A stretch of DNA of 64,000 nt, taken from the IMG/VR virus record IMGVR_UViG_3300034170_000057. One strand, 5' to 3'. Within the stretch, counting starts at the first letter, position 1; each line of letters starts with the position of its first letter. Source of the DNA: a virus (Duplodnaviria; Caudoviricetes). Below the pieces are notes generated by a model. That model saw only the letters and a program-made list of their open reading frames with translations. It had not been told where the DNA came from and did not search any database. Of the stretch, positions 19,073 through 27,400 are shown in pieces. The position numbers were made by a program, and so were the translations under genes.

Positions 19073-19487
19073 AGCGCCGTTTGCACGAACGTCGATTGCA
19101 TACCATGTTCACTTCGTTATTTTTCCAAAGAAACCCGATCCACCGAAAGTGATTCACGACTACCGTCACGCACTATTAGTTGTGGCGCTGGCTGCGCAGA
19201 TTCATGGCACGGCACTTGCTATTCGCCAAGCCGCTTGGGAAATGTTCCAGAAAGTTGACCTTGTGAATAATACGCAAGGGGAGGACGGCGTGGTGCAGAA
19301 AGTATTCACGTCAAACGCGGATCTAATGATGACGATCATGTGGCACCCTGCACCCGTCAAATTAGTCGAAATGATTCTTGCCGAAACGGAAACCAAAAAA
19401 GATGAACCAACCGAATCAGAATTTGAGCCCGAACGTATATCGCGGCGTGCCCGATCCAACAGCAAAAGGCGCAAGCAATCTGCCTAA
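19050..19487 (+). CDS. hypothetical protein
   Basis: ATG 19050. Confidence 0.6.
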   Translation: MREVIKFKAPFARTSIAYHVHFVIFPKKPDPPKVIHDYRHALLVVALAAQIHGTALAIRQAAWEMFQKVDLVNNTQGEDGVVQKVFTSNADLMMTIMWHPAPVKLVEMILAETETKKDEPTESEFEPERISRRARSNSKRRKQSA

Positions 19488-19494
19488 CGGGCTG

Positions 19495-19866
19495 GTGAAC
19501 GATCCGCTGTTTCTGGCATTCAGTGACGCTGGTTATACGTGGCGGGATCAACGTCCGTTCGAATCGTCCGGGCTGACCTACGACCACGCGCTGCACAAAC
19601 ATTTTTACACCGAAGAATTCCCCGGTGAAAAAGTGCGCGCTTATTACATCACGGTCGAAGTGGCGAACATGTTCCGCATTCCCAATTATCCACGGGATGG
19701 TTCCATGCCGCGTTTTATGTTTCAGGCTAAACTCTGCCTGCACAACGCTGAAGTGGAAATCGAGCTGGGCCGTATCGACATGGACTGGCGTGTAATGTCC
19801 GTAGCCGAAGCAGAAAAACCTGCATATTATTTGTGGAATGTTTTGGGGCGACCAACCAATGTCTAA
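19495..19866 (+). CDS. hypothetical protein
   Basis: GTG start assumed after the previous stop; start uncertain. Confidence 0.55.
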   Translation: MNDPLFLAFSDAGYTWRDQRPFESSGLTYDHALHKHFYTEEFPGEKVRAYYITVEVANMFRIPNYPRDGSMPRFMFQAKLCLHNAEVEIELGRIDMDWRVMSVAEAEKPAYYLWNVLGRPTNV

Positions 19867-20236
19867 TCCAGATAAAAAGACGCTGATCGCGCAGCAGAAA
19901 CGCGTTGCCGACCTGCTGGTAAAAGCCGAAGGGTACGAACTTTTCCTGAATAGCGACCGCGCACACGTGGTGGTTACTTACCCGCCACCGGAACCTATGA
20001 TGGGTGATTGCCAGACGATGTACCAGAAACCGCGCCGGGATATTCACGTCGGTGGTCGGCCAATCGAACACCACCATTTTGAATTGCGCGATTTGATTAA
20101 AGAGTTGCGCTTGGAACTGGAAACTGTAAATAAAATGAGTAACATTACGGTGGAGGAAGCACGCCGCCGACTACTCATAGACTTACAGGAAATGACATGT
20201 CTAAAATCAACCTCGACCGGGGCCAAATCGCTGTAG
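19859..20236 (+). CDS. hypothetical protein
   Basis: GGGG SD, ATG 19859. Confidence 0.65.
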   Translation: MSNPDKKTLIAQQKRVADLLVKAEGYELFLNSDRAHVVVTYPPPEPMMGDCQTMYQKPRRDIHVGGRPIEHHHFELRDLIKELRLELETVNKMSNITVEEARRRLLIDLQEMTCLKSTSTGAKSL

Positions 20237-20442
20237 ACGATATCCGCGACCAAGCGGTTGCAGCTATCCAAGCGAAACTTGCGAATCTCGGTTTGAAAGC
20301 ACCCGAACTTTGCAAGCGTTACAAGATTTCCGAAATTGATTTGCGGGGAATTATCACGGGGCAGGGCCAAGTGCCGCTTGCACGTATCCTGATGTTTGCC
20401 GCGAATCTTGGCTATGACCTTCAGCTGGTGGTAAGCGAATAG
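20197..20442 (+). CDS. XRE/Cro-type HTH protein
   Basis: LGLKAPELCKRYKISEIDLRGIITGQGQVPLARILMFAANLGY; AGGA SD. Confidence 0.65.
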   Translation: MSKINLDRGQIAVDDIRDQAVAAIQAKLANLGLKAPELCKRYKISEIDLRGIITGQGQVPLARILMFAANLGYDLQLVVSE

Positions 20443-20564
20443 TGAAAACGTTGTTCATTCTTTTCATGGTATTCATGAACTGCCTACCGCTGGCCGTTAC
20501 GGTGTACGCGATATGCAAAAAGAATTACCGGACGTACCGACCGAAAAAGATCCACCGAAAATAG
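20442..20564 (+). CDS. 40-aa membrane micropeptide (below ORF-track cutoff)
   Basis: GTG overlapping previous TAG; MKTLFILFMVFMNCLPLAVTVYAICKKNYRTYRPKKIHRK. Confidence 0.4.
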   Translation: MKTLFILFMVFMNCLPLAVTVYAICKKNYRTYRPKKIHRK

Positions 20565-20764
20565 ACTGCCTTGAAACTAAGTGCAGGGAACTTGCGGCCA
20601 CTGGTCACAGCAGAACGCACGCCGCCGAAATCCTCGGAATCGCACGGCGTACATTCTACGAAGTTTGCAAAGACCTCGATGTGCAGTGGCCGCGCCCTAA
20701 TCAATCCCGACGTGACCGGGCTGGACAATCCCAGCGCGCCGCACGCATGCAGCAAGGATCGTAA
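20513..20764 (+). CDS. Fis-like HTH protein
   Basis: GHSRTHAAEILGIARRTFYEVCKDL. Confidence 0.6.
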   Translation: MQKELPDVPTEKDPPKIDCLETKCRELAATGHSRTHAAEILGIARRTFYEVCKDLDVQWPRPNQSRRDRAGQSQRAARMQQGS

Positions 20765-20765
20765 A

Positions 20766-21128
20766 ATGGCATTGGATAATCAAGAAAAAATCAAAGTGTT
20801 GGAAAACCTCTACGTGCAGCTTACGAAGCGCTATGAACAGCGCCTGCGGATACTGGATACGTTGAATTCCAATACGCCCGGATGCGGCGAAGTCGGGCAA
20901 CGTGGCTTTATGGGTTTTGATGGGTTTCCGAATGTGCTGCATGGCGTAAGCTGTGTACAGCAGATGAAAGATCAAATCGACAACGTGGAAAAGCGGATCA
21001 ACCTGATTCAGAATCCGCCAGAACCCCTGCGTGAACCAACTGATCAGGAATTGTTTGACATTGCGATTTCTGATTTGCAGGATTACAAAGTGAATATCGT
21101 TGAACTGGTACAGGGGCTTCGCAAATGA
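20766..21128 (+). CDS. coiled-coil hypothetical protein
   Basis: AAGGA SD, ATG 20766. Confidence 0.7.
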   Translation: MALDNQEKIKVLENLYVQLTKRYEQRLRILDTLNSNTPGCGEVGQRGFMGFDGFPNVLHGVSCVQQMKDQIDNVEKRINLIQNPPEPLREPTDQELFDIAISDLQDYKVNIVELVQGLRK

Positions 21129-21586
21129 AAGCAATTGATAGCCTTCGCGTCTGCACCGACCGGGCCGGTGGCTTGACCATGGAAGAACTGCGCACGTTCG
21201 TCGATAAGCACGACGGGTCAGATTGTGCGCTGCGTTTTAATTATGAACGTTCCGATCACGAAGTTGCGGTCTATGACGTGTTCCTGCATGACGATATGCA
21301 CGACGCACCAGAACTGAAAATTGATCCTGATTTTCGCTGGGAAATTGCAGAGCGCATGCCGTACCTGAAGCGGGTCAAAACTGAAACGCTGAAAGACTGG
21401 CACCAACGGGTAGACGAAGCAATCCATGACTTCGGGTACATCGTGGATAACGCGGGTATTGGGCAGCATGCAATCGGCCTGCATCACAAGGGCGTCAAGT
21501 ACCAGACGGACACAAACATGCGCCGCACGTTCTACCTCGGCCCGAACAATCAGTGGTTTAAAATTCACCAGTTCCCAAAACTGTAA
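21125..21586 (+). CDS. hypothetical protein
   Basis: ATGA overlap. Confidence 0.7.
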   Translation: MKAIDSLRVCTDRAGGLTMEELRTFVDKHDGSDCALRFNYERSDHEVAVYDVFLHDDMHDAPELKIDPDFRWEIAERMPYLKRVKTETLKDWHQRVDEAIHDFGYIVDNAGIGQHAIGLHHKGVKYQTDTNMRRTFYLGPNNQWFKIHQFPKL

Positions 21587-21602
21587 ATTAAAGGTAGGTA
21601 CA

Positions 21603-21953
21603 ATGATTTACAACGCTACCAGCCTAGAAGCAGCACGTGCGCTGGTTCGCCAAGCAGCCCTAACGGAACACCGCCTGTACGTCGATGTTTGCAATATGCT
21701 GGGCACGCCTGCGAACGGCATGCGGGGTTTTACGGAACTGCACTCCTACGCGCAGTGTCTGCAAGCGCTGCAAAAGCACAACGAGAAAATCAAACAGCAC
21801 CAATCGGTGTTGGTGAACTCGGAACAGCATCTGAAAGATTTCAATAAACTGGCTCAAGAAATGGGCATACATCCAACACATGAATCTTTCCAGCCCGAAC
21901 GCAAACACGGTTGGTTGTTTCGTCTGTGGTGCTGGTGGAATTTCCGCCGATGA
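21603..21953 (+). CDS. hypothetical protein
   Basis: AAGGTAGG SD, ATG 21603. Confidence 0.7.
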   Translation: MIYNATSLEAARALVRQAALTEHRLYVDVCNMLGTPANGMRGFTELHSYAQCLQALQKHNEKIKQHQSVLVNSEQHLKDFNKLAQEMGIHPTHESFQPERKHGWLFRLWCWWNFRR

Positions 21954-22213
21954 ACACAGTAGAAGACAACGCGCTGGAATTGTTCAAAGCGTCGGCGCGT
22001 AAAGTTCGGCGTATTACCGGTGTGCAATTGAGTGCGGTACAGGAAAACCTGTCACGTGCCATGCGCTACCAAAACTTTCATGAGTGTCGCCAGCGCATGC
22101 TGATACAGCGCGACAATCAAGTTCGTTCGGATTTGGAAATTGCTGAAAAGTTTCTGATCCAACAATTCCAAATTGATGGCGCGTTAGATGGTTCCAAGTG
22201 CCGCATGAACTAA
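21950..22213 (+). CDS. small helical hypothetical protein
   Basis: ATGA overlap. Confidence 0.6.
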   Translation: MNTVEDNALELFKASARKVRRITGVQLSAVQENLSRAMRYQNFHECRQRMLIQRDNQVRSDLEIAEKFLIQQFQIDGALDGSKCRMN

Positions 22214-22482
22214 GCTGTCATAAGTGTTCAAGAGGTTTGTTCGTATCGCCAGAAATGAAGGCGTTATACCTGACCTCGGAAATTAAACTGCGCTGCGCAT
22301 ATTGTAGCGCGCTTACCAAAGTGGAAGCGAAACCGTATGTCGCCAGAAAATCTACAGTGCCCGTACTGCAACAAGCCGTTGCTGAATTATACAACCCCGG
22401 TTTTTACGAGCGCGTGTTGCGGGAAGCTGGTTGGTGTAAAAGTGAAAATGACGCAGGACGTAAACGTTTTTATTCCTGTTGA
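22198..22482 (+). CDS. zinc-finger protein
   Basis: CHKC...CAYC; overlaps the next ORF by 146 nt. Confidence 0.5.
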   Translation: MPHELSCHKCSRGLFVSPEMKALYLTSEIKLRCAYCSALTKVEAKPYVARKSTVPVLQQAVAELYNPGFYERVLREAGWCKSENDAGRKRFYSC

Positions 22483-22804
22483 TGGGTGGCTCAAACTTCA
22501 TAATCTTGCGAATAAAGACGGGCTCAAACTCAACTGTCTTACGGGCGATAACAAACCGATCCCCGGCGTGACTATGCGCAGTGATAGCGAGCGTGATAGT
22601 AAGTGGACAAAAGTTTATTGGGATGGTGACTGGTACGTGCGTTTGGTCGGTGGTTTCAATCTGGAAAAAGCCGGTCTATCTCATGGTCTGTCACTAGGCA
22701 CAAAATTCTCCACGATCAAAGAGGCGTGCGACCATGCAGATATGGTTGATCGTGTTCTCGATTTAATCAAAGAACGAATCATTGAAAAAGGTGCGCAAAA
22801 ATGA
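22337..22804 (+). CDS. hypothetical protein with N-terminal Cys cluster
   Basis: CPYC...ACC; stop overlaps next ATG. Confidence 0.6.
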   Translation: MSPENLQCPYCNKPLLNYTTPVFTSACCGKLVGVKVKMTQDVNVFIPVDGWLKLHNLANKDGLKLNCLTGDNKPIPGVTMRSDSERDSKWTKVYWDGDWYVRLVGGFNLEKAGLSHGLSLGTKFSTIKEACDHADMVDRVLDLIKERIIEKGAQK

Positions 22805-23130
22805 AATACGAATATCGTAACCTCACTCTGATTTCTGCACTGGCCGTTGTAGGCCTAACTCTGAACATGACGCAGAGCGCCACGGCTGGCACCGTAAGCG
22901 TGCGCAGTGCCCCGGAAGCCACCACCGACGAAGGCCAGCCGCGTGGCGACATAGTGTTCGGCCCCTACCTGTACGAATCGCACATCGTGAACGGTAAAGA
23001 AGTGCAGCGTTTTTACGATTCCGAAACCGGCGTCGTTTGTTTCCTGCTGGATGGTAAACCGTGGGGCTGTTCGCCCGCGCCGCTCCGCAGTGTCCTTGAC
23101 GAACGCTACGAAGGGAAAGACGCGAAATGA
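22801..23130 (+). CDS. secreted or membrane-anchored protein
   Basis: signal-like N-terminus; RFYDSETGVVCF. Confidence 0.65.
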   Translation: MKYEYRNLTLISALAVVGLTLNMTQSATAGTVSVRSAPEATTDEGQPRGDIVFGPYLYESHIVNGKEVQRFYDSETGVVCFLLDGKPWGCSPAPLRSVLDERYEGKDAK

Positions 23131-23702
23131 GTACGGATTTAAGCTCGCTTCTCAAACGCATGAGCAATCACGATCACGTCGTGAATTTCCGCTTCCCTTC
23201 GCATTTCATTCATACGCGGTTTAATAAGATCCGTGCGAAAGATCAGCGCCGTACAGACCTGATCGAATTTTTCCGCGCCGAAGTTCTGCTGCCTGCTGCG
23301 CGTTTCGCTTATCGCGCTATGCAACCGGAATATGCGGGCGAGGATAATATGCCGTCCCACGTCTGGAAGCGTGCGCGAGGCATGTGCCTGAATGCGTGTA
23401 GCAAACTCGATGTGCTGCTGGACGATGGTTTTGTTACGCTGACATTTACCGTCGTAACTCACACGATGGTGGAAGAACGCGACCTGCGCAAAATGCTGGA
23501 TGCCATCGACAACCATATCGGAATGGAGCAGGTAATTCACAGCGAGAATAAAAAACTTCGCAAGGAATCCAGCGCAGCGTTCGACAAATACGAGGACTGG
23601 CGCAACGGTGCCTACTCCGATATTCAGAAGGCAATTCTGAACGCAACTTTCTTCGGGACTCCCGGCGAAGGTATCTACACAATCCAATCGACATACATCT
23701 AA
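23127..23702 (+). CDS. hypothetical protein
   Basis: ATGA overlap. Confidence 0.7.
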   Translation: MSTDLSSLLKRMSNHDHVVNFRFPSHFIHTRFNKIRAKDQRRTDLIEFFRAEVLLPAARFAYRAMQPEYAGEDNMPSHVWKRARGMCLNACSKLDVLLDDGFVTLTFTVVTHTMVEERDLRKMLDAIDNHIGMEQVIHSENKKLRKESSAAFDKYEDWRNGAYSDIQKAILNATFFGTPGEGIYTIQSTYI

Positions 23703-23710
23703 GGATTAAT

Positions 23711-24274
23711 ATGAGCAACGAAGCCAACAAGCGTAATATATTTCCGGTTCGCAACCGTTCCGATATTCCGCGTCTTGTTCGTGCGTACAGCGATATGGGT
23801 CAAGATTGCCCATTCGAGTTTGAAGGCGAGTATCCGAAAGATTCCATCGACGGAACACAGTGGTGGATGAAAATCGAACCGTCTCCAAAAGGTAAGCACA
23901 TTTTCGACCTGCTGTTTTACACCGATCAGCAATTGGTTGAGGCTGTGAATAACCTGACGCCAGACCTTGCACGAATCTCGCTTGTCTTTGATTCGCCAGC
24001 CCACGGGGATTATGAACACCTACATAAAAACCTGTGGCTGGTACGCACCATGGAAGGCCTGTATGCAGCGGCGCGTAAGGCTGGCCGGGTTCACGGCAAT
24101 TGCCGGATCAAACTCGACACGAAAATGCACGTAACGGTGGATGCTTCTAAATTCCCGGCGATTGTTGCGTTGGAGAAAAGTAAATTTGCCGATACGGTGG
24201 AAGTAGTCAGCATCATGACTGACACGACCATGCGTTTCGCACTGGAAAAAATGGCAGGAATACAAACACCATGA
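23711..24274 (+). CDS. hypothetical protein
   Basis: AAGGA SD. Confidence 0.75.
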   Translation: MSNEANKRNIFPVRNRSDIPRLVRAYSDMGQDCPFEFEGEYPKDSIDGTQWWMKIEPSPKGKHIFDLLFYTDQQLVEAVNNLTPDLARISLVFDSPAHGDYEHLHKNLWLVRTMEGLYAAARKAGRVHGNCRIKLDTKMHVTVDASKFPAIVALEKSKFADTVEVVSIMTDTTMRFALEKMAGIQTP

Positions 24275-24657
24275 CATGGCACACCGTAGTAACCATTTTA
24301 TCTATGAGCGGCGTTTTGTTTATTACCGCTCTTTTACGCGGCGCACAAAGTAAAGCGGCTTCCGGTGGTCATAAACGTATGGCGTTCTGTGGCGGTTCTG
24401 CAATGAGTGCCTGTGAACTAATCGTGATGATTACCATGGCAGGCGTTGCCATGACTTTGCCGAATCCGTACTACGCGCTTTTCAGTAGTTTCGGCGCAGG
24501 TTGCGGTTGGGTTGCGGGCATGGTGTTGCATGATCGCGTGATGCGTAAACGTCGTGAGAAACTAAAGCTCGCCAAGAAAGGCCGACGTGTAAAACAAATC
24601 GACCGTGTTGCCCGTGAGGCAATGGAAGAATTCCTGATCGAAAAGGGGTTGCTGTGA
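24271..24657 (+). CDS. multi-TM membrane protein
   Basis: three hydrophobic segments, basic tail. Confidence 0.7.
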   Translation: MTWHTVVTILSMSGVLFITALLRGAQSKAASGGHKRMAFCGGSAMSACELIVMITMAGVAMTLPNPYYALFSSFGAGCGWVAGMVLHDRVMRKRREKLKLAKKGRRVKQIDRVAREAMEEFLIEKGLL

Positions 24658-25391
24658 TTTTATTTCAACGCGCTATTCCGAAAATCAGTTTGACGTTTGA
24701 TATAGGCGCATGCATTACGCCGGACGCGCCAATTAATCACTGCATGATTTACTGCGCAACCAAGCCATACCAATACTCACATATTATTGTGAAAACGTTG
24801 GTCGAAGACTGGCTGCGTACTGCACGGCAACCCTATCCGCCCGACCGCCCGATCATAAATCTGAAATTTGAGTATGTAAGTACCATCCACCGCGACCGGC
24901 TTTTCCAGAACGGTTATTCCGTGCTGTGCCTTATTCCGGGCTTGCCTCCGATACTGCATTGGGGTTGTCCGGGTAACGTGAGCATGCACGACCTCATGGG
25001 TATGGCGACCGTTATCAAAACGTTTTTGTATTACTATGAAACCGATTTGAAACCCACCATCGCGAGGCGCCTACAGTGTACGTACCCTGTCGATTACCCG
25101 CAGGAAACCCGGTGCTGCCGCGCTATGGTTCATGAGTTGTTCCGGCAGGTTTCCAACGCAGCACGCGAACAGCGTATTGCGTATGGCCGTAGTGAATTAT
25201 ACGTGGCGCCAGAAAATACCTGCGAGGACGAATATTTCTACATGCTGTGGCACACTAGTAAGGCCTACCGCATCCGCGTCGATTTCGATAACTTCGACCT
25301 GAAGTTTTTGGTGCCGCAGAAATTGTTCGACCTGTTCGATTCGTGTTTCGGCGCCGAACTCACTTACCATATGGTTCCAGAAGGAGAATAA
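24654..25391 (+). CDS. hypothetical protein
   Basis: GTGA overlap, AGGGG SD. Confidence 0.65.
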   Translation: MILFQRAIPKISLTFDIGACITPDAPINHCMIYCATKPYQYSHIIVKTLVEDWLRTARQPYPPDRPIINLKFEYVSTIHRDRLFQNGYSVLCLIPGLPPILHWGCPGNVSMHDLMGMATVIKTFLYYYETDLKPTIARRLQCTYPVDYPQETRCCRAMVHELFRQVSNAAREQRIAYGRSELYVAPENTCEDEYFYMLWHTSKAYRIRVDFDNFDLKFLVPQKLFDLFDSCFGAELTYHMVPEGE

Positions 25392-25395
25392 AAAG

Positions 25396-25638
25396 ATGCG
25401 CACTAAATTCCGTAACATGGATCAACTGAAAGGCGCTGCGAATCTGTACGGCTTTCGTGAACCCCACGCGGGCGAGTCCGAGGAATCGTACCGCTCTGAC
25501 CTTTCCGATCACGTCTGCAAAACCGACGTAGTGGCCGGGATGGAAATTCACAACGGCAAAGGCTGGCAAGGTTTCGACGAACTGGAAAACCTTGTGATGC
25601 TTGCAGCAGCGGCCCGCCAGAATTCCGCACGTTATTAA
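25396..25638 (+). CDS. hypothetical protein
   Basis: AAGGAG SD. Confidence 0.7.
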   Translation: MRTKFRNMDQLKGAANLYGFREPHAGESEESYRSDLSDHVCKTDVVAGMEIHNGKGWQGFDELENLVMLAAAARQNSARY

Positions 25639-25663
25639 TTCACTGCCATTAAGGGAGCAACAC

Positions 25664-26134
25664 ATGATCGTAAACAAATCCGAAAACCTGAATTTCAGCC
25701 GTACCGCTACCGGCGTCGTACTGATCGACCACAAAAACGAAAAGGTGCTGCTGGTCACGTCTCTGAAATTCCCCGGCTTGTGGGTTTTGCCGAAAGGTGG
25801 TTTGGAAGACGGTTTGACCGCCGAGGAAAACGCGCAGAAAGAAACCCGCGAGGAAGCCGGGATCGCCGTTCAACTGCACGGGAAGATTTACGACGAAGTT
25901 TTGCACTACCCGGCAACCGGCGACCGCGAGGAAAAGATTCAGCGCGAGATTTATTTCCGTGGCTCGTTTCTGTCTTACGTCGATTGGGAAGAGTACCAGT
26001 TGCGCAAACGTGAGTGGTTCACCATTGACGCTGGTCTGTCCTCCCTGATGAACTCCGAACAGTATGAAGTGGTGAAGCTGGCGAAGGTCGCGGCATTGCT
26101 GGAACACGCGCAGTCGCAAGGCTATAGCGCTTAA
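25664..26134 (+). CDS. Nudix hydrolase (DIPP/Ap6A-like group)
   Basis: WVLPKGGLEDGLTAEENAQKETREEAGI Nudix box; AAGGGAG SD. Confidence 0.85.
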   Translation: MIVNKSENLNFSRTATGVVLIDHKNEKVLLVTSLKFPGLWVLPKGGLEDGLTAEENAQKETREEAGIAVQLHGKIYDEVLHYPATGDREEKIQREIYFRGSFLSYVDWEEYQLRKREWFTIDAGLSSLMNSEQYEVVKLAKVAALLEHAQSQGYSA

Positions 26135-26182
26135 CGTCGTGTAGCAGCTATAGGGGCTAAACCCTTGATCCATGGGGAGAAC

Positions 26183-26269
26183 TTGACACCGGGTGCTTAG
26201 CGATGCCAGTATGGCGGCTGGGCATTCGCTGCCCGCTCATTCAACCCTCACGGATTAAGGGAAGTTTAG
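26183..26269 (+). promoter_or_regulatory. sigma70-like promoter plus structured leader (cassette copy B)
   Basis: TTGACA-18 nt-CAGTAT with TGn; colinear with 7741-7828. Confidence 0.6.
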
Positions 26270-26521
26270 ATGGGTACAATGAAAGCTAGGCCCACTGTTT
26301 GGGCACGGCCACACTATGGCTTTGTGGCGGTGCTGCTGGTGTTGTTCGCTGTTGCGCTGTGCTACCAATCGACACACGTTGTAATAGGTGCCGTTGGGAT
26401 TCTGGTTTGTGTGGTGGGCCTGTTCTATGTAGGACGCGGCACCGATTCACGCACAATCAAGATCGAGCGCCTTAACATGGCAATGTTTGCCGTGCTGTTC
26501 ACTTTGACGATGTTCAATTAG
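26270..26521 (+). CDS. membrane protein
   Basis: three hydrophobic segments. Confidence 0.7.
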   Translation: MGTMKARPTVWARPHYGFVAVLLVLFAVALCYQSTHVVIGAVGILVCVVGLFYVGRGTDSRTIKIERLNMAMFAVLFTLTMFN

Positions 26522-26540
26522 CCCCTACGAGGTTTTATTC

Positions 26541-27350
26541 ATGGCCGCACATTCCCACACCACGTATTCCCTAAAACACTTCCACTACATTTTCACCGTG
26601 CTGGATGTGACGGTTAAGAAAATGGAAGCGCACGTAATTGCGTTGTCCCGTGAAGAGTCAGACATGCTTTTCAAGCGTGCATGCCCGAACGTGTGGACAA
26701 TGTTGGATACGCGGGAACTCGGTACAGCTAAGCAGTGGATCATTCGCGGCAAGAAAACCCGCGTTGAACGTCCGCACGTTTATCAGGTTGGCGAATACTT
26801 CGACGATACCGATACAGCTACACCGTTCACCGACTTTGTGAACCTGTACGTGGACACGTTTAAATCGTTTCCCCTGCCGAATCTGCGTCACCAGTTGTTC
26901 AAGCATAACGGCACGCACGTTCCTACCGCAGAACAGTTGGCAATCATCGCGGATGAAACCGGCGAACGTGCCGAATATATTCAGGCATTGATCGACCAAG
27001 AGTTTCGCGCCCGGTGGTTTGAAAACACCGTTACTCGTTTCGGCGCTGTTCACGTTCTTACGGTCGTGAGCAAAAACGAATATGAGGCGCTGATGATTGG
27101 ACGCGGTACAGAAGCCGCGTGGGCACGCCTGCAAAACAGCATGCCTAACTTCGGCCTGACCAGATACTATCCAATGACTGCCGGGGAACTGCTTTTCTTC
27201 CACGATATGAATGGTGGCCTTTCCTCTTCGCTGGAAATTTACAGCGGTAAGGTTTCGATTCTGGACTTCCCGAAACGCACCTTGAAATACCTGTGTACGA
27301 TTGACTCTCGCTTTGCCGATTTGGCAGCGAAAGAAAAACAATCCATCTAA
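26541..27350 (+). CDS. hypothetical protein
   Basis: GAGG SD, 269 aa. Confidence 0.75.
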   Translation: MAAHSHTTYSLKHFHYIFTVLDVTVKKMEAHVIALSREESDMLFKRACPNVWTMLDTRELGTAKQWIIRGKKTRVERPHVYQVGEYFDDTDTATPFTDFVNLYVDTFKSFPLPNLRHQLFKHNGTHVPTAEQLAIIADETGERAEYIQALIDQEFRARWFENTVTRFGAVHVLTVVSKNEYEALMIGRGTEAAWARLQNSMPNFGLTRYYPMTAGELLFFHDMNGGLSSSLEIYSGKVSILDFPKRTLKYLCTIDSRFADLAAKEKQSI

Positions 27351-27358
27351 ATACCGAA

Positions 27359-27381
27359 GGGGGCTTGCCAAAGCGGCCCCC
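27359..27381 (+). promoter_or_regulatory. intergenic hairpin
   Basis: GGGGGCTTGC-CAAA-GCGGCCCCC, preceded by TCTAAATA. Confidence 0.5.
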
Positions 27382-27400
27382 GATTCTAGGAGAAATACCC

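Noticed and set aside
21950-22213. Glyoxalase-associated small helical family call
   Set aside because: Resemblance too weak to name without a profile search
16698-25638. Labelling small acidic ORFs as anti-CRISPR proteins
   Set aside because: No recognisable Acr sequence; size and context alone are not enough
26135-26269. tRNA or free-standing ncRNA in the largest intergenic gap
   Set aside because: No cloverleaf, T-loop (GTTCRA) or CCA pattern; the region is explained by the duplicated promoter-leader cassette
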